DNA from: the human T2T-CHM13v2.0 reference genome, Homo sapiens
Assembly: GCF_009914755.1 (NCBI RefSeq)
Contig: NC_060936.1
Strand: one strand, 5' to 3'
DNA: 64,000 nt
Part shown: positions 39,926 to 54,497 of the stretch, piece after piece
How the letters are laid out: each line of letters begins with the position of its first letter
Numbering within the stretch: position 1 is the stretch's first letter
Notes under the pieces: generated by a model
What the model saw: only the letters and a program-made list of their open reading frames with translations
What the model was told of the DNA's origin: nothing
The model's database searches: none
Program-made: the position numbers and the translations under genes

Positions 39926-41371
39926 TCACAATGTCCTTTTATAAGCTATTCTATTCTAGTCTGTTTGCAGACTTTGTTTTTGTCTTGCATCTCCAGAGTG
40001 CTGAAATTGTCTGCCCACGGTTCCTCCTTTTCTCATCCCTAATGTGAGAATCCTACCTAGCCCATTTCTCATGCAGAAAGCTATCAAAGCTCCAGCAGGT
40101 ATCTCTATGACAGCAGAGATTGTTTTGTTTGCCCTATATCCCTAGTACTGGAAACAGTGTTTTTCCTATAGCAGGTGCTCAAAAATATGCATAGAAAGGA
40201 TGAATAAATCTGTACTTAGCTTCAAGACCTATGGGAGAAAGAGATCAGTAAGAATTTTGTGTAAAGAAAATGCAATAGTTGAGCCTTTGAATAGCATAGA
40301 GGTACTGAGATTAATGCTATAAGACACAAGGAAGGCCTTCTCTGACCAGGGCGGGGAATGTGGCTTTGGCTCTGAGGCAGAGAACCTGTGATGTCTGCTT
40401 AGTCCCAGTGTTCACCTGACTCCACTCCTTGTCCCAGAGTCCTGAAAACTGAACATCCATGATCATATGGCATCCTGGCAGGCAATAACTGTAAGGGCTT
40501 AGATGCCTGCTTGGCCAATCCTTTGCTGTACAGATGAGAAAGCTAAGGTGAAGAGAGGGCCACTAAGAAGCAGAGCAGAAACCGGGATCCAGACACCCAG
40601 ATTCCCTTCTCCTTCCAGAGGAAACAGTCCATTACTTGAAAACCGAATGCTTATTTTTCGCTTGGTGTTTTTGCCTTACTTCACCCGTTTCAGTTGTGGG
40701 GGAAAATATATTTCTTTTAAAACTTAGTGATGGTCTTGATTATAGGGGAATGTTTGATCGCTTAGAGATTTGTACCAAGAAATCATTGGGTTTCCTAACC
40801 ATGTCCTGGTATAAAATATTACGGAGACAATCTCCTCATCCAGCCCATGTGTGTTTTTCCTTCCCTCTTGAAATTGTCAAACTGACATAATTAACTTAGC
40901 TGTTAGCTAAATAAATCATTGGATCCTAGTGAGAATTTTTACAGAGATATCATTGCCCCCGCACCACACTGCAAGAAGGACTGTCAACACTACACGATAG
41001 ATGTATGGCAAAGGATTCTGTTTGGGAGACAGCTCTCTCTTTCTCCCTTAGCATCAAATATGGCTGGCAGGCTAAAGAACAGATGTCAAGGAGTGCATGT
41101 GAGAAAACCACTAATTCCTTAGAGTGTTTTGATCACACATGGTTCATGGAGCCTGAAACAGCACCGGAACTTCAGGTTGAAAGTCCAGAGATGGACTTCG
41201 ATTAGGGTGGACCTCAAACAGAAGGTGTCAGTCTGTAGCCCTTTCAGCAGAGAACTCTGCTCTGAGATGGGGGGATGGACTTATTAACCTGCAAGTGTTC
41301 CTGGTTTCCTTTGTCATTCTGAAATACAGGAACACACTATTTCTGTTTCACTCCTTGTTTAAGAATATTCA

Positions 41372-41796
<425 letters not shown>

Positions 41797-42103
41797 TTAG
41801 ATTCCTGCAGAATAAAAAGAAAGATTGATCAAAGGCTAGAGATGTTTTAAAGGAGGGTCTTGTTAACAAGTGAAGTCTTATTTGAATTTCAACAGGTAAC
41901 AAAACAGAGGCTGCAAAGTCAAGCCTGGGGTGGTCAGGAATTCAGAATGTCGCTGCACCAGCCCCTCAGGAGATGGAATGCTGCTCCCACACTCAGTTTA
42001 ATTAGAAGCATGGCTAATGGCCAGAAACTTGGAAGACAGATTATAGATCCATTAATCAGGGTCATGTTTACACCTCTATTGTCAACTGTAATGATCTGTT
42101 TAA

Positions 42104-42528
<425 letters not shown>

Positions 42529-42761
42529 TAACATAAGTATTATTATGTTAAATATTTGTTTTAATCATCAGTCATCTTTTACTTCAGAACTATGAACTGG
42601 GTCCAATCAGTAGATTCACTATCAGCTGTCTCTGTCTACTGTCAGGTGACCCACATTGAAAATATCAGTGGTGACCATAACTCGTAGCCATAACACAATT
42701 TCTAATATTCCAAGGGATTTTGGGACCAGTGGCTCCTATGACACAATTCCATGAAATCTAA

Positions 42762-42812
42762 TTTGGTCGTCTGAAAGAAGATTGCTTTGGTCGTCTGAAA
42801 GAAGATTGCTTT
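42762..42812. repeat. Perfect 24-bp tandem duplication with TTT microhomology
   Basis: TTTGGTCGTCTGAAAGAAGATTGC x2, then TTT. Confidence 0.95.
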
Positions 42813-43039
42813 AAGGTTCTCTAGAGATGCAAGGAAGGGATCTGAGAGGTGCCATGGGCAGCAAGTCTCCCTCTGCTTTGCTTTCTGTGGTTACTTTGAG
42901 GAGGCTTTGCTGCCAATTCAAGGATTAGAGAGAGAGAGAGAGAGGCTAACTTGTTTCCTTGCCTTGTAATGGGGATGTCCTCTCATAGGGGACCATTACT
43001 AGGGGAGAGTGAGAGTAAACCTGTGTGGGTCTGTTAGAC

Positions 43040-43500
43040 CATGGTAGAGACTGAGGGAGGGCACTGAGGAGCCCCATGGACCATTCCTATGGCCCGAGCA
43101 GCTTCAGCAGCAGGCTTGCAGGAAGCAGTTTGATTTAGGCATGGAGACAAATTACCCACACATCTGGGTATTTACATTTCCCCGGACACTTTTACCCTAC
43201 TTCATGGATGCAGTCTTCTTTGGTGAAGGCTAAGAAGACTTATAGCATATATTGTATCGTATTATCATAAGGTCCTTCTTTCAGGGCAATCAACTTCTTC
43301 ATTCAAGAGGCTCTGTGCTGGTCAACTGTTTCATGTCTGGAACTTGAGTAAGGGATCATGACTTTCATTGTGGAGTCCAAGCCCAGCCTCTGTCTGCAGA
43401 GCTGCTGTTTGTAAGTTACTGAAGTCCAGTTGTACTTAGATGGGCTACCTAGCTCTTTTGGCACTGGTTACATCATGAGGAGTTAGCCATCACTTAAAAT
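43040..43500 (-). mobile_element. ERVL / MaLR internal remnant
   Basis: Minus strand gtcatgatcccttactcaagttccagacatgaaacagtt...gagcctcttgaatgaagaag...gaaggacctt resembles the ERVL/MLT-int gag-pol region. Confidence 0.55.
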
Positions 43501-43510
43501 CCCTGTAGTT

Positions 43511-43838
<328 letters not shown>

Positions 43839-44699
43839 CTACACTTGAGACCATTCTAATAATTCTAATAAATATGCAGCCCATGCTGTCTATTATGATA
43901 ACCACATCTTCTTTGGTGATCAACATTATCCGTGTGATGAGTAAGAGCTACTATTTGACCTTTTCCATGCTGGGATCTTCCCAAATCCATTGAAATTGGG
44001 AAGCACACTTCCATAGCAGTGTGTCTCATCAGTACTCCTCCTAAAAAAACAACCTCTAAAGCTTTGATTAAAAATTCTGGCCTTTTTCTCACTAATGGAC
44101 TGATTAATGTCTTGGTGAATGGAATGATTTTAGATTACAGAATTAAGAAATTCATAGGCATCACGCAGTAATAAATCTACTCCACCATTTTCATCTCTCA
44201 AATTATTCAGATTCTTTATTTCTGCAGTAGACCAAAGAATTGTTGGCATATAAACTTTATTTTACTTGAGGCACCATTTAGTCCAGATCTCAATATATCA
44301 ACCCAAAACATAATTGAAATCAAGTTCAGGTGTTAAGTCCTGCATATTGAATTCAGAATAAATGGTAAGTGAGCCTATATTCATACATTTATTCTAATCT
44401 TAAAAATATATTCTTTTCTTCTTAATCTGAGACACTCAGAAGCTATTCTTTTGCCTGGTATTCAGACGTACCTACTGCAAATTAGGAAGGGTGTGTAAGA
44501 CTTCTGGCTTTGATTTGTTATTCACTCTTTGGAGTATGCTAGGATCTGTTTATAGCTATAGGTCAGGAGATACTTGTGGGTAATTGGGATGAGACATGAA
44601 GAGAATTGACTCATCAAAGGAGTTATAGGGCTTTCAGGCAAAGCTTAACAGACTTATCAAGTAAGGAAGAAGGAGAGTCTGCCTCTGCTGACGGTAACA

Positions 44700-45300
44700 G
44701 GAATGGCTCCAAATGTTGTTAGCGCTCCTATACAGCCTCATCCAATTCTCAGCTTCCCAGCCACTCCTAACCATGCCCTCACTCTCACATACGACACCTC
44801 ACGAGGTTGTGAATTCAACTGTTGTAAATTGGCAGCCCATAGGATCAAACTGTGAAATTGTTTTTATCGGAGCCCTGTGCCTGCAAGACATGAGAGATTC
44901 TCTTAACAAGGTCACAGAAAGTGCTTGAGCTTCCTTATGTGCCTTGAGCAAAGAATGTAGGAATTGGATCTGACCATCATCTTTCCTTATGCTACCCAGA
45001 AGCAGCCACGCCCCTGTATCTTCCTTGATTTCCTCCCGTCATTTATGCTTTCACAAAACAGTGTCCACTCAGTTTCCCAAAACCTTGCTGCAATGAGCAC
45101 CGCATTCTAAGTAACCACAGGCAGTATTTCAATTCATTGTTTCTGGGCTACAAGCCATGAATTGGTAAATTATCACTATTTAATATTTTTATTGCTTTTT
45201 GTCCCAACCGGGCCTAATTCCCCAGTTTACCTATGCTCTGGGTAGCACTGACTGGTACTAATTTCTGTATTACTTAGAGTTTTGTTTACAAATACCAAAA
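44700..45300 (-). mobile_element. MLT1 internal 5' end plus start of the adjoining LTR
   Basis: ctggtactaatttc|tgtatta junction near 45251-45272 is typical of the reverse MaLR internal/LTR boundary. Confidence 0.5.
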
Positions 45301-47825
45301 ACTAAGTGTACTTAAATATTATAACATTTTTAGAAAGACTTATTGCAGAACACCAGAACATCACACAAAGCCCCTTGCTCAGTGGCTTGGGGTTTAATAC
45401 TCTGTAGCCACCAGCTTGAAATTCTTCATTTTATCTATTAATTTGTGTTGCAAGAGAAGTCCCATGTGTCAAGGGATCAGGTGCCACGTACTTGGAGCTG
45501 TGGCTCACAGGTATTGAATGAATGAGCAATGTGTGAATGCTGAGTGTTCAATCTTTTGGGTAGCCCCTGCATTCATCCAATCTGGAGAAATATTATTTTG
45601 TGGTCTAAGGAGGCTAAAGTAGATCCACCTGTGCCTGGAGGCACACACGCTTCTCAACAGAAAGCAATCGTGTTCTGCCACCTCCATCATTCCTTCCCTT
45701 TGCAGGGTCGTGCCTGAAGTTTTGGAAAAAAAAAAAAAAAAAACCCAAAGGAGTTTCTCCTGAGGGCCCCAGAGGAAGCATCTCCCTAGACACAGAATAC
45801 CTATAGGGGTCTGGTGGAGGCTGCTGCCCTCAGTGCCTCCCAGGCCCCCCAAACATAAGTTTGTCCGCAGACGTTCCCCTTCAAGTGCCCTGGAAGTGTA
45901 TGACAATAAGCCCAGCCAATTGGCTTTATTTTCATTTTCTGTTTGCCTTTCCCTATGTCCTCAAATCCCCTTTATCGCCAGGCAAACATGTACGTAGGCA
46001 TCTAATGAACTAGTACAAACCCTGCTTTGTTTTGTTTTGTTTTGTTCTTTTTATTTTCAGGTTTCCCCATTCCTGCAAGTTTTTTTAACTTTTTCTGTGC
46101 GGGAAGTCCAAGTTCCTAGTTGAACTGCAAGTTCTTGTTCTCCTGACAAGTCCAGCCCTATCCAGTAAGATCCCTGAGCTGGGGAAGCAAGGGAGGGGCA
46201 TGTGGGGATGCAGTTAACTCTTTCGGGCCCTCCATGGGGAGGCCGTCCCCTCCCTGCCTGGCAGTTATGCAGTTATCATTTCATAGTCACCAATCTGAGC
46301 TCAAGGGACAGATCTTGCCTTCCTTATTAAGGACGGTGATTTCCTACCAAGCTCAATCTCATTTTGTGGTGATGCTTAGGGATAAGACTAAGATGTCTCA
46401 ATTCTTAAGGTTTTCCCAGATTCATACACATACAAGATCCAGCCCTTTATACTATTCCTAGAAACAAGAATGTTTTTGTTAACATAAAGCATAAATAGCA
46501 ATTCGTCTTTGGTTACTAATAATTGCATAAAATATTTACATCAACTTGCAATAAATCACAATATGTAAAGAAATGCAAGCATCCAGTTACATCCAAGTAT
46601 CTTTCTGCCTCGTGGCTTCCTAACCAGGGATCAAAAACAAAGTAGCCTTCACGGGACACCGAACCTGAGTCAGGAACCAGCTTCCCTGGAGCTCTGGAAC
46701 AAGCTTCACTCTCTCCCCAGGCCTTGAGAGGTGCCTTGGAGTAGAAGGTTATGGAGAGAGAGGCTGCTTTCCAGCCTTCTTCCCTCTCCTCTATGTGTCA
46801 AACATCCTTGCTCGGATTACACTAGTTAACACTACTAGTTTTATTTCTCTTGCTGCTTCCAGGAAGCTAACGTATCTGCACTTTCTTCTTTTTGCAGAAC
46901 GGGGCCAAGTCATTAATAAAAGAAAATCATTCTAGGATTTGCTATTTTAAATGTCCAAAAATAAGAAGAAGGGAGAAAAAAGAGAGGATAATAGGAAAGA
47001 GGGAGAGAAAGAAAGAAAACGGGGAAAAAGGAAGAAATAAAATCTCCACAATAGACTGACTTCCAGAGTCAAAATCCTAGAACAATGTCCTGCCAATCAG
47101 AAATCCATTTCCCTGGTGGCTGAGCTCTTACGACTGTTCTCTCAGCTTATGTCTATTATTGCCTATATGTAGTGTACGCTATTCAGAATTCTGAAAATTT
47201 CTTATTAGCCAATTCTGGCTTTTTGCCAAGTAGTATTTTTTAAGGAAATCCACCCCGCTTTGTCCCTGAACACTTAAAAAAATTGAACAAAATAATTTTT
47301 AAATAAGAAAATTATAAAACCAGATTGTTGTAAGCCCAGTTTTTTAGATACTAGAAAAAAATAAAATGTGACAATGACTTAGTGTTTTTCACTTTCACTA
47401 GGTTTGATTTCTTTAAACGTTGGGCTTAGGGGTAGAAGAAATATCTTACTCATTTTTATTTCCCTACTAGCAGCAAAGTATAGGCTCATAATACATGCAT
47501 AAAAGTGAACATTTTCAAAATCTGTCTACTGCCTTTCATTTCCCATTGTCTCCTCTTCCATTCCCTCTCCTTATTTGGTAATTCGAGCCAGCCTGAACAC
47601 CAGCCAATGCCGCAAAGAAATGGAGGGACAAGTAAGTGGCTGCTAGGTTGTTTTATTGGCTGGGCATCAAAAGCCTCATTTCCCACCATGTCTCTGAGGG
47701 GATGATGAAATTTGTTCCTGATTATTAGATCAGTATGAATCAGTTTGTTACACTGGAACTAATGGAATAGAATCTAAGACAGGTGAGTTTGGGAAGGAAG
47801 GCTAGAGGATGATATCTGGGCTCTT

Positions 47826-48190
47826 TGCATTTGTCTACTTGAGCTTTCATAACACAATATTAGAGACTGGGTGGCTTAAACAATAGTTCTGGAGACCGGA
47901 AGTCCACGATTAGGGAGTCAGCAGGATCAGATCCCAGTATGGGCACTCTTCTTTACAGATGGCTGCCTTCTCATTGTGCTTTCCCATGGTGCGTACCTGG
48001 GGAGAGAGACAACCATCTCTGGTGTCTCTTCTTATAAAGACATTAATCCTATGGGGTCAGGACCCCACCCTTACGACCTCATTTAACCTTAATTACTTTC
48101 TTAGATGCCCCATTTCCAAGTATAGCTACACATGGGGTTGAGGCTTCAGCATATAGATTTTGGGGGGATGCAAATGTTCAGCCCAAATCA
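47826..48190 (-). mobile_element. MLT1A-type MaLR LTR
   Basis: gactgggtggcttaaacaa...agatggctgccttctc...tctctggtgtctcttcttataaagacattaatcc...gacctcatttaaccttaattac. Confidence 0.85.
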
Positions 48191-49209
48191 CCCCTGGACT
48201 CTAGGCATTTTGATGACCAGCATAAAGCATTTCTCACAAAGGGAGAAACAGCAGGAGTGTAGACATTTTTAAACTTTCAATTTTGTCTAGGAAGTTTAAC
48301 TTCTTCAGTCACTGATGCCCTTGGAAATCAAGCAAAAAATGAGAAAACAAGGAACAGTTGATATGTAAGATTTTAGGCCTAATGCCTGATTTTCTCGCCT
48401 GTGTGTCCTACCTCCTGTACATGCCCTGTGAATGAAGAGAATTTCCAGAACTGGAGCATTGACTCCAAATGGTATTGCTGCAAGCACTGAGGCCTAGAGG
48501 GCTTCCTTGCTGAGAGACCTGGGCAGGGGAAGAACATGAAGCTAGCTTCACCATGGGACACTCGGCCGCAGCTTAGCTCTCCATCCGGTACAGGGAAGGT
48601 CCTGGTCACACCTTCTTCTCCTCCAGCTCTGCCATCATGACCGTGCCCCTTACCACATCCCATCTGCTCTTTCTTCAATGCTGGTCTTCAAAATAAGAGG
48701 CGCTTTAGACTCTCAAGGCTTAGCTGTGGAATCTGGAATCAAACTGTGGATGATGTTGAAAATGTCTAGCAAGTTAAAAAACTTTGTCTGTGCAAAACCA
48801 AAACCAACTTAGCAAGTGGAGCCAGTCCCGAATCTTGTGCCTCAAGCAAGCTTCCTTCTTACAAAATGCACATCGTGGTCAGGAGTGAAAGACAAAGCGA
48901 TCTTGCTGTGACACCACAGAGCTCACCAACACTGCCTGAAGAACTGTCTCCTGAGGCCTGGTGGGTGGCTGGATGGTTTAGAGTTCCCAGGCTGGGAACT
49001 CAGACAAAGGAGCTGGCATAAATAGAAACTCTCATTACCTTGTCATTAATCTTCTTTGCCCAGCATCAGACAAACATTCCATCGTCTGTGGAAAGCCAAG
49101 TCTCCATAAGGGAGGAGGCAGAGAACTGGAGAAATGGGACAGATAGACAGAAGAGAGAGGGGCCTGAAATGAACAGCAAAATGTTTCTGCCTTTTCTACC
49201 TTTTATGGT

Positions 49210-50270
49210 TTTACTCATTTCTTCATGTAACATGTATTAATTGAGCACCTATGAGCATTGAACCAGATGCTGGGGAACAGTGGTGAGACCATAGGGATAC
49301 ATTCCTTGCCCTCAGGAAGCTCTCAGTCTAGTGGAAACACAGATACTTAAAAAATAAATAAATAAAAAATAAAGAAGTTTTACAAGCTGGGTAAAGTGGA
49401 GTGAAAAATCCCACATGAGAGTATTTGCAAGACCTGATTTAGCTTGAGAGGGTCAAGGAAGGCCTACTTGAGGAAGTGGTCTTCTAACTTGTGACCGGGA
49501 GGTAGGTGCATCTTTGCAGAGTGGGGATGGCACATTCCAGGCAGAGGCAGGGAAGATGGAAGGCCCTGAGGTGAGGAAGTGCTTGAGGTATTTGAGAAAG
49601 CGAAGAAAGACCAGTGTGGCTGGAGCACAATGCTACTGAGGTTGGAGGGGCAGTCTGGCGTTGGATTATGCAATACCTTGTGGGACGAGGCATTAATGTT
49701 AGGATTTTACCCTGAGCAAAATAGGGAGCAGGTGAAGGATGTGAGGTGCTGAGAAATCACTTCCAGTTTGCATTACAAGGAAGGACAAATGGAAGTGGAG
49801 CTGTTGGCACAATACAGGTGAGAGATGATGGTGACTTGTGAGGGAGCATGAGTATGGGAAGAAGTAAAGGCACTGAAGCCATTCTCTGGATGTAGAATCA
49901 ATAGAAATTGGATATGACAAGGGAGCAAGAAAGAGACATCAAGAGCTTTTCCCAAAATAAATGGATAGTTGATGATATCATTTATTAAGATGAGAATAGA
50001 GCAGTTTGAGGAGGAAAATCAACAATTCACTGTTGAACATGTGAAAGTTGGCTATGAGATGCATATGCAGTATCTAAGTGGAAATGTCAAGAAGACAGTT
50101 GGAAAAAATAGCTCTGGAAGTCAGAGTGGGGAGCTGGGCAGGAGGTGTGAAAGGCATTATCAGCATACAGATGATCCTTAAAGCCATGGGTTGGATCAGA
50201 TGGCTCCCAAAGAGTGTGGACTTAGAAGAGAAGAAGATATAAGTCTAAATTGTAATAACTTCAATATTTA
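49210..50270 (-). mobile_element. L2 LINE, about 1 kb
   Basis: ttgagcacctatg...ttgccctcaggaagctctcagtctagtgg...cattccaggcagagg...ccagtgtggctggagc...tctaagtggaaatgtcaagaagacagttgg. Confidence 0.85.
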
Positions 50271-50277
50271 AATTAAA

Positions 50278-50468
50278 ATGGCAAATACATGGTACAGTTA
50301 CTTTCACTATCTCTCCTTCATCTAGACAAATATTTCTAATGCATTATAGCTCTCTTTCCTACTGGGCCAACATGCAGGATTTGAATCATTCTCAGCACAA
50401 CACTACAGGAACCTCTGCCAATAGAATCAGCGTTGGCAAAAAGAGATAAAACCTGATTGACTTTCTGG
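50278..50468. mobile_element. Short hAT-type DNA transposon (MITE), family uncertain
   Basis: atggcaaatacatgg...attctcagcacaacactacagg...cagcgttggcaaaaagagataaaacctgattgac resembles a roughly 200-bp hAT MER element. Confidence 0.45.
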
Positions 50469-50654
50469 CTTTTGTTCAAGGGTTATAGAAATTTTTTAAG
50501 AGTGAAGATTTCTTTTTAACATCAAAATATTTAAACAAGCCCACATAATGGTAGTTTTACTTTTATTTATTCAGCCAATAGACTATATTTATTTCTCATA
50601 AAATGCCATAGTTGCCTAGTAGTCCAAGGACCCCCAGCTGGGAATCGTTCTAGT

Positions 50655-51105
<451 letters not shown>

Positions 51106-51820
51106 AAAGGTTTCTAGAATTAACTGATTCATGTTGCTGCAGAGACAGTAGGCTGATTTCTTCAGTCTGATCGTTTTAAATTCCATCAGGAACCATGTCT
51201 GGGTTTTCCCAACCTCACTGTTTTCTTAATGTCCATTAAATTTTCTGGGAAAATCAAATATACTTAATAAACACGTGATGAAAAAATTATTGACCGAATG
51301 AATAACTTTGGAGCTTGCTGGAGGATCAAAGTAGGGCATGAACAAGAGAGAACCTATAGCCAAGAAGCTTCATCTTTTCTACGAAGCATTTCTTGGTGAC
51401 AAGGTCAAAAACAATTTTTCTATCCAACGATAACACTATGCAAATTATACTGTAACTTCATTTGATCATTAGACGTCCCTTGGTACCAGAATCATAGGGA
51501 TGAAAAGGACACTGAGATGGCCACCTCATCATCCTGTGGGTAAACCGAGCCCTGGAAGTGAGGTGGTTAGCCCACTGGCACGCAGTCAGAAACAGCATGG
51601 AGTCCCCTAACTTGCCATGGCCTGTAGAACACAGTGATTGTGGAGCCAGGCAGAACCCAAGTCCCCTGCTTATCAGTTTAGTGATCCTGAGCAAGTCTTC
51701 CTGGGTTTAAAGTTCTTTATCTGCAGAATGTGAATAAGAATACTTTGCTGACAGACTGCCGTAGAATTAATATGAGATACTGTGTGCCTTACAAAATTAA
51801 TATTAGTTTTTTGTCCCCAC

Positions 51821-52307
51821 TGTGTGGGCTGAAAAAAAATGCCCCTTTCCACCCCCAAAAGATATCTGCATCCAATTTCCTGGAAGCTGTGAATGTTACC
51901 TATTTGGAAAAAGGGTTTTTGCAGATGTGATTTGAGTTAAGGATCTATATTTTCCCCCCAAAAGTTACAGATCTTGAAAGAAAGAGGGTAGCCTGGATTA
52001 CCTGGGTAGGCCCTCAGTGCAATCACATGTACACTTGCAGGATAGATACTCAGAGAAGACAAACACGTGGAAGAGGAGGCGATGTGAAGACTGGAGCAGA
52101 GATTGGATGATGCCGTCACAAGCCAGGAAGGCCGGGGAAGCCACCAAAGCCAGAAGAGGCAAGGAAAGATTCTCCCTAGAGCACCTGCAGGGAGCTCAAC
52201 CCTGCCAGATTTTAGACGTCTCACCTCCCAAACAGAGAACAAGTTTCTGTTGTTTTGAGTCACCAAGTTTGTGGCAATTTTATAGCAGCCTCAAGAAACA
52301 AAGGCAC
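51821..52307 (+). mobile_element. MLT1B/C-type MaLR LTR
   Basis: tgtgaatgttacctatttggaaaaagggtttttgcagatgtgat...gaggcaaggaaagattctccctagagc...ccaagtttgtggcaattttatagcagcc. Confidence 0.85.
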
Positions 52308-54339
52308 CTAATAAAAACAGAGTGATAGGAAACCTTCCCAGAAATAGGGAAGTGGCTTTGAAGCTCCTTAATCCTCACTACTGTCTTTCATTTCTTTTAT
52401 ATTTTACCCCCAGAATGTCATGGCTGCTGTAAACTCAGAGATTAACTTCCAAACACAGTTAGTGGACTGCAAGGGGCCTCATGCCTTTAAAGAGAGAAGG
52501 TTAGAAGAGAAAAATGAACATCAGAGGAAGCTTGAATACGAGGACTGCCCCAGATGCCAAGCATACTCCTACCTAGCCCTGGGAGAATTTGTTCCCAGGG
52601 CCAAACACCAGCAACAGGATAAACAGGGTTAGTTGGATATACGTGGTCCCTCCACAGAGGAAGAGGCTGAGGGAAACACCCACCATAAACTGTGTGTAGC
52701 TATCAGAAGAATGGCTGGAATCTCTTGAAGTCTAGCATGAATGGATTAAAGAGGGAATCACAGATGGCATTATTTGGAACTTTGGACGGCTCCTATAGTA
52801 GGGGGTTGGTAAAAGGCTAGGATGGAAGGAAAGGTGGACATGGGAGAAGGAATTCTACTTCCCAGCTCAAAGGAAATAAGTCTGGGGGTCCTTGGGGGCA
52901 GTACGAAGACCAAACTGCCAACTCAAGGTGGAAGATAAGCAGGTTGATCTTTTGGGCTGATCATTTGCTCATTCATTCATCTGAAGCACGCTGTGTAGTC
53001 AGTGTAAGTTTTTAAGCACAATACACTGGATGTCTGTCTGTGAATTTCTTGAATCTTCAAGATCAACATTTTAAATACACTGTTGTATCTCCTACTTCTT
53101 TATTATATTCTTTTTGAAAACACATCCTTTTCTATATCACAACAGTGGAAAGGATTCCTCAGCTAATTCCAAGACTTTTCTCTCTCTTTCCTCAAAAACT
53201 ATCCAGGAATCTTGCCAGGTCAACTGGATTGCGTCATATCTATACATATATACCCCTTGGTCTTTCCATGCTATAAATGGCAGTCTTTCATGTCCCTTGT
53301 TCAGGAAAGAAAGCAATCAGAATTTGTGGAGAAATATAGCACCCTAGGCCCTTGAGTGTCTTCCTAGAGAATGAGTCTCCCTATCATCTTACAATTGTTT
53401 CTTTCTCGAGTGCAATTGTTTAATGCTGAAATATTTTTGTCTGTATGTTTTGTGGTTCTCCTGCTGCTCCTGGTTTCTGTCTCTGCCTTAAATTTGCTGG
53501 GGGTGCCTGCCCTCCACACTTAGGCAACATGCACAGACTTTGATTAGCCTGACCTCTACTATTTTGTCTTTTGCTGTTTTTTTTTTTTCTAGTGCATAAT
53601 GCTAGGCCAGCAAGAGATGTATCCGGTTTGCTTCTTGCATCATTAAGGCTACTGTCTCTTTCTTCCCAAAATATTCTGTTTTGGTAATTAAGTAGATATT
53701 TGGCCTCATACCCACTTTAAAGAAGGGAAATGAAAACCCAAGGAAGTAAAAATTATTTGTTTAAGATCATTTAATGAAAATCAGTGATAGAATATCAGGA
53801 ATTTGAGCTCTAGCTGTTACACTCCTCATTGATATCTTCTGCTAGGAACACCAGGATACAAAGTCTTTGTTAAATATAATTCTGCCTAAAATATTTAGAT
53901 CTGACACCAGTCAAAGAACTTGACTCACACCAGGGAATGGCAATGCCTATAATATGAAGTTGTTTAGGAGGTACCCAACACCAGTGAGTTGATTGCATTC
54001 TGTTCTTGTTGGGTTATATGAGTGGTGGGGTTACAGCTGGGGCGAGAGAAGCAGGAGGGACAGAGTGTAAGACATCCGAGAGTGGACAGAAGGAGCTTCT
54101 CTGACATGCTGCCCTGCTTAGCTAGTCTAGGATTACATGCTGTTTATAGCCTTAGCCTCCTACTTGAATGGGCATTTAGGGGCTATTTAGTTTATTCTCC
54201 AGCTCCAGGTGGAAATGTATGTAATACAGCCCAAATTTGTGGACATTTCTCTTTTATAAAGACACCCTGTGAAGGAGATGCCATATCACGCTTGCTGATC
54301 CTGAGCAGTTTCCAACAACTCTATTATAAAGTTCTTCTG

Positions 54340-54497
54340 AGCCAGGCACCTTGGTGCACACCTGTAGTCCCAGCTGCTTGGGAGGCTGAAGTGGGGGCAT
54401 CCTTGAGCCTAAGAGTTTGGGGCTGCAGTGAGCTATGATCACGCCACTGCACTCCAACCTGGGTGGCACAGCAAGATACCATCTCTTAAAAAAAAAG
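54340..54497 (+). mobile_element. FRAM / Alu right monomer
   Basis: cctgtagtcccagctgcttgggaggctgaagtggggg...ggctgcagtgagctatgatc...A-tail. Confidence 0.85.
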
